Assembly: GCA_028534125.1 (NCBI GenBank)
Contig: CM052832.1
Location: forward strand, 9,302,001-9,366,000
DNA: 64,000 bases
Origin: Lama glama
Taxonomy: Eukaryota
Direction of reading: 5' to 3'
The notes under the pieces were generated by a model. That model was not told the DNA's origin and did not search any database. It was given only the letters and a program-made list of their open reading frames with translations. The translations under genes and the position numbers were made by a program. Below, piece after piece: positions 36,575 through 50,792 of the stretch (its first letter is position 1; each line of letters begins with the position of its first letter).

Positions 36575-38570
36575 TCCAGATGAATTTTAGTCACTTAACA
36601 GGCTCTTGAAAAGTGAATCTTGAAAAACTACCAAGCAGGGCTCATCCCAGGAATATATGTCTGGTTCAATACCAAGAGACCAATATTAATAGAAATGAAT
36701 CATAAAAATCAGAACACCCAGTATTTAGCCTTGTGCCTAGAATATAATCGATGCTCAACAAATATTTGATGAATGCATGACTTTCATCTCAGTACATGCA
36801 GATACATACTGGAAATAATTATATGTGCATCATAAAGCATCATAAGACTAAAAATAGTGTGTTAGGGGATTAACTCCTAAATATGATAAAAAGCCTACTT
36901 GTGTACCAAGCCTTCCTTGGGGGCTGCAGGTACCAAGTGGAGAAATTCTAGAAGCGTGCTCTGAAAAACAGGAACTAAACCAAAATGTCCCGTATCGCAA
37001 CTCTTATTTAACATAGTTTAACAGATGCTTGTCATAACAATATAGGAACAAAAAGAAACTAGAGGGATTGGTATAGGGAAGGAAGAGATAAAAATATCGC
37101 TGTTTGCAAATGACACAATTTCTATTCAAAGAAAGTTACAAAATCCTACATGGCTGCTTCTGATCAGAAGCTACAGTATAGAGGGGCCAATATCCCTGGG
37201 TTTTTGACTAGATTTCATGCTCTAGCAGTTAAAATTCCAATGAAGTACTTCATAAAGCATGAAAAATAATAATAATAATCAGGAAAAATTGGTGGGCAAA
37301 CATACTGAAGGATGTTTCGAAAATATTTTAGCATTGGGCTCCTCTGAGCAAACTAGGCAGCTAAGCAGTAGTTATTAAAACTGTACAGTATTAAGATGAA
37401 ACAGAAAAATGAGAGATGGGTACAGTAAAATGGATCTAAATAAACAGAAAGCATTTCTATATGGCAAATTTGGAAAAGCAGACAATGGGGAAAGAAATTA
37501 TTTTAAAGTAAATGGCTCTTGAGAAAATCTCAATAACTGTGAGGAAAATGCACTCAGATTTGTGTCTCATATCATAGTTATAAATTCTAGATGTATTAAA
37601 AACTTGGTTTTAAAAACTCTTTAAGACTCGGGGAGAGCAGATGGAATATTTATCTTCGCCGTGGAGAGCAAATGTGTTGATGAAAATTCCATAAAAATGA
37701 TTATTGATGAAATGGATGTGTTCAACTATAAAGGAATAAAATCCATAAAGTCAAACTAACAGCCCTATACGCAGTCATTTCATTGTGGACTGTGTGGCCT
37801 GAGGCTGGGGTGAGGCATGTTTACAGCTGGCGTGACTCAGTAAAGTGGATTTTTTTTTCCCAGAAAAAAAAAAATTGTGCTAAAGGGGAAGGTATAGAAG
37901 CAGGAAACAGTTGTGATGAACTGATGGTTAAGAACATGTTGTCAGAAGTATGCACAGAGCCAGTCAAGCTCTTTAAGGCAAATATTCAGACCGTATTGGT
38001 AAAATGAACAAGGCCTAGGAACAGATCATTTCATATGAGGCCCAGATAATAAACTGAGGTGTGGAAAATTGTTCATCTTCCTGAGCACAAAAGATACGTA
38101 AGTGAAAACAGCTCTGAGATGGTACTCCAGTTGACCTATAGTATTAGTGACAAATCGATCAAATTTATAAAACCCACTGTTGAAGCCCGTGGGAGAGAAA
38201 ACAGGGTACCGCTGGCGTTGCTGAGGGGAGAGCTGTTTTTCTGGAGGACCTGGCGACTTTGGACTACAATAACAGTGACACCAGTATTTTGGACCAGTAT
38301 TTTTACTTCTGGGAATAAATCCCACAGAAGTCATCCCAAAGGGGCAGAAAATCAACTTGTCCAAAAATGGGAAGAAATTGGAAATCATCCAAATATTGGT
38401 AATCTGGGAATGGTTCAGTAAATTCTGTGACAACAGTGCAGTGGACTGCTTGCCCACGTAGAGACAGGGCTACAGTTCAGCGCATCCAGAGAAGCGTGGG
38501 ATAGCTCACCTGTGCTCACGGCAAGCAAGTGAAAAATCTATGCACACACATTGAAAAGAATCTGGAAAGG
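36575..38570 (+). mobile_element. Very old L1 ORF2/3' remnant
   Basis: GGCTCATCCCAGGAATATATGTCTGGTTCAAT (GFIPGMQGWFN-like), GATAAAAATATCGCTGTTTGCAAATGAC (LFADD-like), GAGATGGTACTCC. Confidence 0.65.
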
Positions 38571-39299
38571 AGCAGAGTTTATTTGATGTGTTTTCAGTCA
38601 GGTTTTTTTTCCCCCTGCAAAATTGTTAATAAGTAATGCGGGTTATTAAAAGAAGAAAGGGGGGAATTTTGGTAATAAAAAGGGGAAATGTGGGCAGCGT
38701 ATGGTGGGGAGACAGCCCTGGGCAGGGCGTCACGTGGGCTGGATTTGAGTCACTACGTTGCCATGTGGTTTGGGGCAAGTCACACATCTTCTTCAGCTTC
38801 CCTTGTCTCCACCCCAGAAAGAGGTCATGGTGACACCCACAAATGAGATCCCAGGAGTTCTTGCCTTCCGAACTAATAATCTTTCATAACAGCTTTGTAG
38901 AGTGCTGGGGGCCCTGGCTAATGTCCCTTGTTTTGTCCCCCTCTCTGCAGAATGTCTGTAGTGCTGGGCAGATCCACTTCTAAAGTGGCAGGCAGCAGAA
39001 GGGGGGAGGCAGACAAACACCCCAGAACTAGGCAGGCAGCAGAGCCCTTGCAAATAGCCCTGAGAAGGTGCTGCAGCCCCCAGGAAACATTCAGCAAGGA
39101 ACTAGGGGCCCCTTCTGTTTCAGAACCAGAGATGTGGCCCAAGAGGAAAAGACAGAGCCTTAAAAGAGAACATTCTGGGGAGTCGACTCAGATTTGCTAT
39201 ATTGTTGATCTTTTTTTGAAGACCCGCTTGTGGACAGGGCAGGGAAGGGAAGGAAGCCAGCCACTTTTCTAGTGTGTTCGGGACACTTTGGGGCCTGAC

Positions 39300-39440
39300 T
39301 AATAAATCCGAGTATCCAGCTCCTCTCCTTGGGAGCTGGGTGACCTTGAACTTGGTAACCCGAGCCCCAGTTTCCTCTTTGTGAAAAATGATAACCTCTC
39401 CGGAGTTTGTTGTGAGGGTGACTTAGGATGTTGAGCTTAA
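39300..39440 (+). mobile_element. MIR SINE fragment
   Basis: AGCTGGGTGACCTTGAAC...CCCCAGTTTCCTCTTTGTGAAAAATG. Confidence 0.7.
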
Positions 39441-40074
39441 ATGTTGTCTGAGCTTTCAGAGACTCTTTGTCAAGGTTTTCCCTGGATGCAGGCCCCAAAT
39501 CCCGTGGGGGACACACAGCCATCTGAATGATCATCCCTGCCTTTGGTGAGCTTGTACAGCACAGAGGGGGGCAATTACACCTATGAAGGTAGATCACGAG
39601 ACGGTGGCAAGGTCGGGGATGGTGTTTTCAAAATGACGGAAATTGGGTCATTCAGAGAGAGGGGAGAGGCAGAGTGTGGGGATGCCCGCGAGAGAGGTGG
39701 TCAGTGAGGGAAGGCTCCAGAAGGCCTGAGATGGACTTAACAGCCTTATAGGGTGTACTGAACACATCCCTGACTGTTAGCTCATGTGGGCCTTCTAGCA
39801 ACCTGTGAGGTGAGGGCGCTGAGGTTTGCAGGTTCCTGAGGGATCTGAGCGCCTTCCTGGGATGACTGGGTGCAAGACAGAGGCCTCTCGTTGCTCAGCT
39901 GCTCCTGTGACTGAACCACACACCCTCTGAGGAGAGCAGTCCTGGGCACATCTTCCTCTGAGTGAGGAGAGGGCCTGAGGAGGGGAGGATGAAGCAGGGG
40001 AGGTTTTTGAGGTGGAGAAGAAGGTGAAGGTCACAAAGGGGGTCTGACAGACTTTTGGGAGTCAGGGATAAGGT

Positions 40075-40640
40075 GGTGGGACTCGGAGTCAGTCACTGTG
40101 GGTCAGTCCCAGCTTTACAGCCGCCATGACTGTGGCAGTAGATCAGCTCTTTTGAGCCTCAGTTCCTCTCTCTGTAAAATGGGGCCATTCAGCTGACCTC
40201 CTGGGGATGAGGGAGAGTTATGTGCAGGGAGTGTTTAGTACTTGATGTCTTCCATACATGATAGTTGCTATTATTATTAATTATTATCATTGTGATCACA
40301 AAGGATTGGTGCCTCTTGAAAACGACTGGCTTTGTTTCTACCTAGTGGGTCAGTAACACTTTTTACTTCACACGGGCAGGTAGATGCTTCTCTCTCTGCC
40401 TGCCTCCCACCCCCTGCCCCCTGCCTGCCTCTCTCTCTCCCTCCCTGCCCCTGGCTATTTCCAGTTTAAAGCGACTAACCTTTATTAAGTACCTTCTGTG
40501 TGTCAGGCATTTTGTTCTGTAGTTTTACATACATTATCTCATTTAAATCCTCCCAATAACTCTTTGGGGGGTGGTTAATTATTTTTGCTTTTCAGATAAG
40601 GAAATCAAGGCTTTGAGAGTCCACTGGCGGGAATTCAAAC
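40075..40640. mobile_element. Two MIR fragments (40075-40270 +, 40480-40640 -)
   Basis: GAGCCTCAGTTCCTCTCTCTGTAAAATGGGG and CATTATCTCATTTAAATCC...CAGATAAGGAAATCAAGG. Confidence 0.65.
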
Positions 40641-42046
40641 TCTGTGTCAGTCTCTGAGCAAACAGACCATGGGTGCTAAGTGCGGGGCGTGATTATCTTA
40701 GGACCCCAGTGAGCCAGATGCCCTGCCCCTTCCTAGTCACTGAACAGGGACACGGAAGTCAAGGGAGTGGTTTGTTATCATTGCCTTTTACCCACCTAAT
40801 CGTAGGCCTCTTGAGTTTGGAGGGCTGCTGTAAAGATTAAACAAGATAATATGGACGCTCTGGAGCACAGCTGCAAGCGGAGGCTGCCGACACCCCTGCC
40901 TGCAGCCTCAGGCATCACACAGCCCCCGGAAAGGGACCTATTTGCTGATGTTAGCCTGGGGAATGGGTATATTAGCCTTGACTATATAGACCATTTAGGG
41001 ACCCTCCACACCTCTGTGTTTGTGCTTTTAGGCAAGAGGAGTTCTCTGACCATTACAGGGAAGAACTTATCTCCATTTTGGAGGAATACACAGCAAACTC
41101 AGTGTGAGCGTTTCCTAGGAAGACAGAGTGGGCAGTCCTAAGGTCTTGACTTCTTGAGGCCTTTGATTCTGTGGTTGCTTAGCTAGGACAGGAAGGAGGA
41201 ATTCGCAGGGAGAGCAGTTGGAGGGCAGGATCCAGAGGAGGGAGGAAAGTATTTTGCTGGGCTGGGAGGACCGGGAAATGAGGCTGGGTGGGGCCTCTGA
41301 CAGCGTGGAGGCCTATGGATCAGCCAGACGCCTACAGGCTGGGTGAATGAGACCAGAGGTCGGGTGTCCTGAGAGCTGGGCTTCTCAGAGTTAGCCTTGA
41401 CTGTGGTGTTCAGGATAGCTGCATTGGGGTGGAGGATGGAAAAGGAAGAGGGGTTCCCCTCAAGGGATGGAAACCCAGGATGTGGCCACAGAGAAATCCA
41501 GGAGGGAGAGGAGGTGGGCTTGCGCTCCAGTCATGGAGGGGAAAACTGCGTGTAGGATGGACAGACAGTTGGTGACTCCTTGAATGTGGAGGTGAGCAAG
41601 AGAGTCTAGGGGGAGCCCCAGCTTTAAGAGCAATGACCAAGAGGAACCCAACAGAAATAAGTGGAGGAGAGAGATGCGGAGCTGATGTCAGACGTGTTGA
41701 GTTTCAGAACTTGTGAGAAGGGCAGGTGAGGGTGTCTGGTCAGCCACATTCTGGCTGAAGGCGGGCGGCATTTGCAAACAGATTCTGGCTCTTGAAGCCA
41801 TGGGTGTGGACGAGACCAGCAAGCAGAATGTGGGCAGAGGGACAGTGGAGTCCTGGAGGACACTGACAGGTCTAGGACTGGAGGCAGCAGACTGGGAAGG
41901 GCATAAGCTCCAGACTGGTTTTTATAAAACACCTGCACACACGTACCCACCCCTTACCACTCTGCTGCTTAAAATCTGCCCCTTGGACTGCAGCGGGGAG
42001 TCCAGACTCCTTAGCCCACTGGGTGAGGCGTGGCCAGAGCAGGCCA

Positions 42047-42517
42047 TGTATTAGCCTCCTAGGGCGGCCTTACCAACACACCACAAGCTGGGGGATGTAA
42101 AACAACAGAAATGTATTCTCTGGAGTTCTGGAGGCTAGAAGTTCAAAATCAAGGTGTCAGCAGGGTTGGTCCTTCCCAAGGCTCTAAAGGAGAATCTGCC
42201 CCAGACCTCTCTCCCAGCTTCTGGTGGTTGCTTGGCGTTCCTGGACATGTGAACACACTCGCTCCAATCTCTGCTTCCGTCATCACGTGGCCCTCTGTGT
42301 GTATGTGTGTGTGTGTGTGTGTCTGTCTGTCTGTCTGTCTGTCTGTTTTCTCTCCTTATAATGGCACCCATCATTGGACGAGGGTGGGTTTAGGATAACT
42401 GTGGCCTCATCTTCACTAATGACATTTGCAAAGACCCTGATTCCCAATAAGATCATATTCTGAGGTTCCTGGTGGTCATGAATTTGGGTGGGGGGATGCT
42501 ATTCAACACAGTATACG
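42047..42517 (-). mobile_element. MLT1 (ERVL-MaLR) solo LTR with internal (TG)n(TCTG)n
   Basis: TGTATTAG start, AAACAACAGAAATGTATTCTC, TCAAAATCAAGGTGTCAGCAGGGTTGG, TTGCAAAGACCCTGATTCCC, ATTCAACACAGTATAC end. Confidence 0.88.
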
Positions 42518-44139
42518 CCTCATCTCTACCTGCTTTTTTGGCTTGATTCCCACCTCCCCCCACCACAGCTTCCTTTTGGGAGGATGTCCAGAGCTGACTC
42601 CAGCTGAGATCTGTTGTCTCCTTTAGTGAGCTCCCCACCGTGAGCACCCCAACACTCCCTTGATGGCGCATGTCCTCCGCCAGGCTTGGGCTCCTTGAAA
42701 CGGGGACCAGACCTTACTTGTCCCTCCTAACTGCAAGGTGAGTTGGCATTTGAGAGCCCAGCTCCAGAGTGCTGGACCAGTGGGTGCCGGAGGGGTAGGT
42801 TTGAGTCCTGGCTTTTCACTTAATAAACCGTGTGATTCTTCACTAACCCGCCAGCCTCAGTTTCCCCATCTGTAAGATGGAGCTATTAAGTGAGAATTTA
42901 ATAATAAATTAAGTTAGAAAAGTCTGCAAAGCTGCTACTGGGGGACTTAGGGTCTCCTTGAGGGTGGTTGCCTTGTGTTTTTATTCACCTTTGTGTATCT
43001 GGCACTTGGCCCAGCGTCTGACTGGGTAGGGGCTCTGTGACTGTTGAATGAGGAGACCTAGCTTGATGAGAAAGGATGCTGCTGTGCTTGTGGATGTGAC
43101 CCTTCCTTAGACACCCCACTCCCTCCTGCCCTCGGTCCCCAGGAGCTGGGTAATTGCAGTTTGAGTCTCAGCTAAGTGCTGACGGGTGGCGGTGAGCAGG
43201 GGTCGCAGTTTGAGTCAGGCTCACAGCCCCATACCCGGCGTTTCTCTTTCATGTGGATGGAACAAACTTTGGCTTTTTACATTAGCGGTACTTATGGTGG
43301 CTGCAATAGATGAGTCACCATTTACTGTAAAGCTTTCAGATGCCCGGCAGACATATGCCAATCGGGAGTGACAGGGCCTTCTGCAGTCAGACACCCCAGC
43401 CATGATCATCTCAAATGAGAGAGAAGATAAGTCCTGTGGCCCCAAGTCGTGAGAAGGACTTGGATGGGGGTCCACGGCCCTCTTAGCTTCTTCCTTCCCA
43501 CATTTTCTGCTGGAGTTTTATTTTGATCTGTAAGACAGTGGCAGGCATATTTTGAAGTCAATTAAATAAGTCTGCAAATTTGCGTCTGCTTGCCTCTAAG
43601 CTAGGGGTTTATGCTTCTGTCTGGTTTTGGTTTTACGTGGAATATTAATTTTCTTTTAAAGGGACCTACTGTTTCTTGATTATCGGCCACTGAGAACTGT
43701 GCTTCAAAGCCTGAGACCTTTTTTTTTTTCCTTTTAAGTTGAAATGGCTTTGGCTCCTCTCTGCCTGCAGGTGATGGTTTTCTTTTCCTTTCAAGAGATG
43801 AACCTGTGAAATTCCATTTGGTCTCAGAGGGTAGACAGGACTTAGGGCATTTCAGTCTTTGGGGATGAACTTGGTTGTGAAGAGCCAGAAAGGCTCACGG
43901 GATCAACGTGTTCCCTCCTGCAGGTGGGGCTGGGTGGGGCAGGGTGTGGGGAGCCGTGAGTGGCTGGAGAGTCACCCCCAGAATGGCCTGTACCTGCCTG
44001 GCTCCACATTAGGAACCAGCTTGCCCGCCAGCAGGCTGTGTGGCAGGGCTTGGGGCGCTCAAAAAAGCAGAAACCCCCCCCCCAAAAAAACCCCCAACCT
44101 TTTTGTGCATGTCTGTGTGCAGATCTGTGCCATGGGGCC

Positions 44140-44300
44140 TTGGGTCAGTTATGTAACCTCATGGCCTCAGTTTCCTCCTCTATAAAATGGGCACACTGGC
44201 CCTTTTCTCCATTGGGTGGCTAATTTAAGGATTTGATGAGATGTTTAAGGCACCGAGTACAGGCCTTCTACCTAGTAGGGCTCAACAAGTGATAGTTGTC
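44140..44300 (+). mobile_element. MIR SINE
   Basis: GCCTCAGTTTCCTCCTCTATAAAATGGG...TAGTAGGGCTCAACAA. Confidence 0.7.
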
Positions 44301-47300
44301 GTTATGAGAAGTGCTGTGAATCTTTTATTTTGAGAGTGTGGATGGTGGAGGGAGCCCTTCAATGAGAAGAGAGGAGTTAAGGTGTTCCTTGTAGGTAATT
44401 AGTGGTTAGCTCTCCGGGTTTTTGGTGATCATTAATTCAGTATCTTAAGTTGGCCTCTGTTCATTTGGCTAGTTTCTGCCTCTCGATCTCGGATTTGCCG
44501 TTAGACCACGTGGAACACGCCCTTTCCCATCCTCCAGGGACCATTTCCTCCTCTTGGGCTTCTCCCATGATGGGTCAGACAGTGCTTTCCTGGTGTATTT
44601 AGAGGGTGGCCATGAGAGTTCACACCCTCCCGCCTTGCTCTGACCAGTCAGGCAGAGGAAGTGGTCCCAAGGCCCCAGTCAGACCCTGGGTCTCCCAGAG
44701 ACTTTTGTGCCTCCCTTGGGAGCAAGAGGCTGTCAAGGACATCTGTTTGGGATTCGGAAATTTAGGGCTTTCTGGGAATAACCATGGTTTATGGGGACAG
44801 AGGTGACAGACTATTTGAAATCGGAACTTTGGGACATTCTGGATAACGGTAGCTGTGGCTGTACGTTGTCTGTGGCAAACGACCGACCGTGGGTTAAAGG
44901 GGCAGTCCTTGTCTTGTGCCTCCTTCCTCATTGTCAGTGTCTTACGAGTCCCTCCGTCTCCCACCCCAGCTTCTGGATTTGAAGGCTGTTTATCCAGAGC
45001 AGAGTACCCTTGCATCTTGGATTTGCCAGTCTCACGGTGATACGGGTGTCTACTGCCCTCTGAGAGAGCAGGGTCCTTGGAAGGAGGGGATTTGTGTCTT
45101 GTTTGTGATGGCGTCCCCCAGACGTCCCCTCAGTAAGGCAGTGTTGAGAGCAGGAGTGAAGGAATGAAGGGCCAGATGAAAGCCCCTTACAGTGAGGACA
45201 AATTCTGATGGAGGAAATCGCCGCCCCCCCATCCTTACAGGAAGAGCGTGGATATCATTTGTTATTCTCTGTTCTCTGTGTGTGTTTGTGTGCTGGCTCA
45301 TGTGAGCTGTACCATGTTGATCCACAGATCCCTTTGCTTGATTCTCCCTAGTGTAGTAGTGATGTGGCATCTCTGGGGTGGCTGGCTGGGACGAGAGGGC
45401 CAGTCTGTAATTGGGACCAGGTGTATTTTTCTCTGCACAAAAGATGCTTCTGCTATGACCTCTGTTTTGTCCTAGCTGGATCCAATGGGGGGATGAGGAG
45501 GGGAACCTAATGTTGAGTGGGCTAGAGAGGTTGATTGACCTCTTGTATGTGATAATCAGGATTCCAGTGTCGTTCTGAGTGCAAAGATGGTGCATCTCCT
45601 GCAGCCTCACCCTAGATGCTCTCATACCGGAATTACAATCCTCCCTGAGTCCTGTGGGACCTGCTTGAAGACCTGAAAGAGCGTGATGAATGGTGGTCAC
45701 CAAAAGGGGATTTCTCCACTCTGTGCCACCGCAGAGGATCTGACCAGGAGGGATGGGACTCAGAAATTAGGACAGAGATGCTGGCCGCCATTCCCATTGC
45801 CCTCAGACCTACTGAACGTGCTTGAAATTCCGTCGTTCTGGTCTCAGTGACCCCTGAAGCTCTCCTCTCGTCCCGTCTCCCCGTCCAGTGCCATGGTTGA
45901 TTCCTGGGTACCTCCAGTCCGCATGAGGCCTGGCGCTGCCTACAGCAGTACACGCGACTTTTCTAAAGCCTGCAGTCTGGAAGAACTCTCTCGTCCGAGT
46001 GTTTTTAGTAGAACGACATCAGGATTGCATTTGTCAGGCACCCAGCACTGCAGCCACTAAGAGGGCATGGGTCCTTTTCTGGTTGAGTGTTGACATTTGG
46101 GGATTGGCTCTCATTTAGCAGTGACTCTTCCCTTCTTTTTCTGCATGTGGGTCCCTAAGGCCCCCAGTGGGTAATCGGGAAAGTTAGGACCTCACAGTCA
46201 GGGGAGCTCTGGGGTGGAAACTAGTTGCCTTAGGGCCTATACTTTCTCTTTGATCGTTTTAGGTTTAATAAGCTCTCGTCTGTAATAGAAACCGTAACAC
46301 AGGCTGATTACTAAAATTTGACTATTGGTTTAATGAGAAACCTGCGAGAGGGACCCACTTCCTCTTGATTTTTGTTTTATTTTTAAAGAATTCTGAACTT
46401 GCTGTTTCATTTCTCTTCCTCTGGACTTTTCTTTTAGAAAAGTCACAAACAACATACTATAAAAACCAAAACCATTTAGAAAAATAAAACCGGACCCCGG
46501 GGAATAAACACCACACTTTCCCTCCGTGGCGTCTTCCTTCCCACCATTTGGTTGGGTCTCTCCATGTGTCTGATGGGAGAGCAGGTAGTGGAGGACGTGG
46601 GGAAAGTAAGGCCCACGGAGGGGGTGGGAGTGGACCGAAGTCCACACTGGAGTAGGGCTAGAAGCGGGTCTGCCCGGCTGAGGTTCCAGGAGTGCTTCTG
46701 CTTCCCTGCAGAGCACTGCTGTTAGGTGTGGGGTGCTCTCCTTGGTGTGTATCATCAGTCCTTCCTCCTTGTGGTTTCACCGGCTTGCTTAGCATGAGCT
46801 CTCACTGAAGAATTGTTTAGGATCACACATTTATGTGGTATCAGGACAACCTTGAATAGATTCCTCCTCCTATCCATCCATCCATCCATCCAGAATATTT
46901 CCTGACCTGCTCTGCGGAAGGCCTGGAAGGTTGGTGGAATGAGAGAGTCAAAACCCCACTTGTGAAGAGTTGGGGCCCAGGACCATACATAGCTAAGCAC
47001 TCAGCCAAATAGAGTAGTGGAAGAGGGGTTCATTTTTGCTGAGAGATGCAGAGATGGCATTGGAGCTGAGTTTTGAAGGATGAATAGAACTTTGATGCTG
47101 GGCAGAGTATGAAAAGGCATTTGGGGAAATAAGGACCAAGAGCAAGGTGCTATGACCACACTCTTGCTTCCTTCATACTGCACTGAACAAACCCAGAGGT
47201 GATGCCTTCCGTCCTGGGTTTAAGTGGTACTGGCCCTATAGTGATTTTGCACAGTTGCTTGGACCTCCTTCACTTTGGGGTTAGGACCAGGGTTAGGATT

Positions 47301-47809
47301 GGAGGTGGAAGGTTGGCATTAGGAGAGGGCTAGTATTTATTGAGTGTCTTACTGACATTTATCCAATTGGCATCCATCACATACATCATCTAATCAGGGT
47401 CACACAGCTAGCAAGTGCTGGAGCTGGGATTTGAACTCAGAACTCTGACTTCAGGGTCCCTGCTTTTCCCTTCTGGGAAGTGGCTGATGCTGAGCAGTCA
47501 TTCCCAAACAGCACGATTTGGGTTGCAAAGTAGAGTGGACTGGTGGGAATGCTTGCAGAAACATTGTGTTGTTTTAACTCACGTCATTTAAGCTTCCAGT
47601 AGTTAGTGGAAGGAACAGCGCCATGTTGGCCATGCTTTCTGGAGGACTCTCTGTGCTGCCACTCTTTTGTAATGCTGCTATTTGGGGCTGGTTTTTCAAA
47701 TGATTGCCATTTATATTGCTTTCTGATGAGCTATAACCTGCCTAAATTGGCAAGTCACATTCCGTGCTTGAATGGTTTTTTTAAATCTCAAGAAATCTTC
47801 ATCAGACTT

Positions 47810-47904
47810 ACTTATTTATTATTGAAGTACAGGTGATATTCAATGTTGTGTTAGTTTCTGGTGTACAGCATAGTGATTCAGTTATATGTGTGTGTGTGTG
47901 TGTG

Positions 47905-47936
<32 letters not shown>

Positions 47937-48508
47937 TATACTCTTTTTTATTATAGTTTATTACAAGGTATTGAATATAGTTCCCCGTGCTATACAGTAG
48001 GGTCTTGTTGTTTATCTGTGTTATATATAGTAGTTTGTATCTGCTAATCTCAAACTCCTAATTTATCCCCCCCCCGACCCTTCCCTTTTGGGAACCATAA
48101 ATTTACTTTCTATGTCTGTGAGTCTATTTCTGTTTTGTAAATAACTTCATTTGTGTCATTTTTTTAGATTTCACATGTAAGTGATATCATGTGATATTTG
48201 TCTTTCTCTTTCTGACTTACTTCACTTAGTGATAATCTTTAGGCCCAACCGTGTTGCTGCAAATGGCATTATTTCATTCTTTTATGGCTGAGTAGTATTT
48301 CATTGAAAATATATATATATTAGGTTGCTTACCTGTCTTGGCTACTATAAATAGTGCTGCTATGAAAATTGGGGTGTGTGTATCTTTTCAAATTGGCATT
48401 TTCTCCCGATACATGCCCAGGAGTGGGATTGCTGGATCATATGGTAAGTCTGTTTTTAGTTCTTTAAGGAATCTCCATACTGTTTCCATAGTGGCTGCAC
48501 CACACTAT
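47810..48508 (-). mobile_element. Relatively young L1 3'UTR with (TG/TA)n expansion
   Basis: Collinear with 26990-27670 (TTGAATATAGTTCCCCGTGCTATACAGTAGG...GCTGGATCATATGGTAAG); microsatellite at 47885-47940. Confidence 0.9.
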
Positions 48509-50686
48509 ATTCTGAATGCGTTGTTAAGGCCTTCCTGATGGAGACAAGCTTTTGAGCTGGCAGAATTGCCCGCATATCTTTCTGTTTGAGTGGGGTGAAG
48601 TTCTTATTGGACAAACAGTGCTGTCCCATGAAATCTAAGAGTGAAACAAGGAGAGTGAGTGGGTGAGGAGCAGTAACCAAGTAGGAGGTAGACTTTCCAG
48701 AGCAGAGGCAGTAGACCAGGCTTTGGACCCATTGGACCCATTTTCCCAAGGGATGTCTTGAGACATGAGGGATGTGTAAGGTAGGTGACCATCATCAGAG
48801 GGCAGGGTGGGTATTTGAATCTTAGTAAATATTTGGCAGTTATGAAAAAACACTCTAATTCTAGAGTACATCTCAGTGGTGCCTCTGTCTTAACTCCTCT
48901 CCCAAGGAGTTTGTGCAGTGAATACAGTCTGAGGAAGCTGCCTGATGCTGTCAGTTTTGCCACAGGTGAGAGGTGCCATCCCCATGAAGTCCCAGTCCTG
49001 TAAGGCAGCTTATTTCTTGTTGCCACTCTCTTCTGATGACTCCTTTTGCCCTCCTTCCTGTCCTTCCTTTCCCCCTTGCCTCTGATCCAGTGCAATTTTA
49101 GTTTTGTAAGATTCTTCCAAGGCTGTGGATCAGTTCATCTTAGAATCTGCTTTTTCAAGAACATCTTGCCTTTGATCTCTGTTCTCTATATTGAGGTCTA
49201 GGATTCTGCTGCTAAAATTTACAAGAAGTTTGAAAACCAGATGTCTAGAGCATTTCTGCCATGTTCATTGTCTGCCAGGGTGGCCCAAAGAGGTTTGTGA
49301 GCGAGGACCACACCGCCTGCTGCAGGGCGTGTGTATTGAGGGGGATGGCGGACTGATGTGCCTGTCTTGCTCTTACCCTGCTTCTGGAGTCTGGATTCTT
49401 ATAGTTCTTTGAGGATTCGTGAGTCTCCTCCTTTCATCCCAGCCAACTAAGAAAGACAACTTGTGGGTGAATGAGTAAGTCCAAAGTTATAGTGCTATCT
49501 CCTGTAATACTCGTCTCACAGACTAGGAAGCTCAGAGGGGTTGAGTAACTTGCTTGAGGTCACACAGTTTACAAGTGAAATGGCCTAGATTTTAATCCAG
49601 ACCTGATTGTGGAGTTCCTAGTTTTGACTACTGTATGCTTCAGCCATGCTTTTACCTACAACACAAACTATATTTATTACTCTCTATCATTTCCCCTCCT
49701 GGGGAGGTGGGCTGAGTAAATGTCACACTCTGTAAAGTAGTATAATATGTGTATTTCAATTTTATTCACCTTGAAAGTGCTGCTTTTGGATGATCAGGCA
49801 TTCTGGCTGAGGTTGGGGGAGTTATGGGGCTCAGGCTTGGGGTCCTCGGTTCTGTCAAAGTCAGGACTGGGGGAGAGGTCTGGAGGCTTACCTGCCAGGT
49901 CCTAAAGCTGGGTAGAAAAGCTGACATCTGAGAGCTTCGGAGCACAGAGGCTGTTGGCTGTCTTCCTCTCTTGGAGTCCAGGGTTGGTGAAACCGTGCAG
50001 CCAATTCAGGGGACCCAGCCAGCACAGTCATTTCGTGATATCTCCACTATGGAGCTGTGAGTTGTGCTTTTGTTAAGGCCATGCTTCTCCTCAAGGCGTG
50101 AATAGTGATTTTACCCCCCTTTTCCCAGGTGCCCTTTACCTCTGCCTGAGGGAGTGGGTCCAGACCTACTGATGAGACACTGGAAGGAAACCTTGAAAAG
50201 AAATCCAAGGACTAGGTTGCTGGAAGAAAAATTTAGCTAGCTCGTAGGTCTCCAAAGGCTCAGATTCATCCAGAAAACCAGAGAGAGTTTTCATTAGCTA
50301 GTAACCCCCGCTTTCTCCAGCCCCATCCCATTTAAAAGTGCGGGGAGTAGGGATCAGAGACTCCAAGTTCACTGAGTCCCGGTGGGCAGAATCCTTCCAG
50401 GTGTTGCCTGGACAGGACCAGAGGGTGACCAGCTGCAAAGCCATCCAAAAGGCTCAACCCCCTCTCCCTCCAGTTACCAAACATTTACTAAGACCCAAAT
50501 ACTCCAAAGCTGGAACTTAAGAACAACAGCAGCTCCGGGAGGGGCCAACTCATTTCACCTCTTGGGTTGCCATTCATTCATTCTCTGGGTGTTAGGGGTG
50601 GGGGTATCTGGGCCTTGCCCTCTGTACATCAGGGTCCCAGGAACGATGGAGCTGTATGTTGAGATGGGCCTTTGAGATCCCTTTTA

Positions 50687-50792
50687 GGGGTGGAGAGGAT
50701 AGCTCAGTGGCAGAATGCGTGCTTGGTGCATACAAGGTCCTGGGTTCAACCCTCGGTGCCTCCGTTAAGGGCGGATAAAATTAAAGAAAAAG
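50687..50792 (+). mobile_element. Vic-1-type tRNA-derived SINE
   Basis: ATAGCTCAGTGGCAGAATGCGTGCTT...GGTCCTGGGTTCAACCC. Perfect 12-bp TSD GAGATCCCTTTT (50674-50685, 50793-50804). Confidence 0.88.

Noticed and set aside
43156..43217. Direct repeat GCAGTTTGAGTC x2, the second forming an AP-1 site
   Set aside because: Only two 12-mers and the enclosed sequence has no element features; probably chance or a small duplication.
45050..45703. 217-aa minus-strand ORF
   Set aside because: Non-ATG start, no recognisable domain or coding-like composition; compatible with chance.
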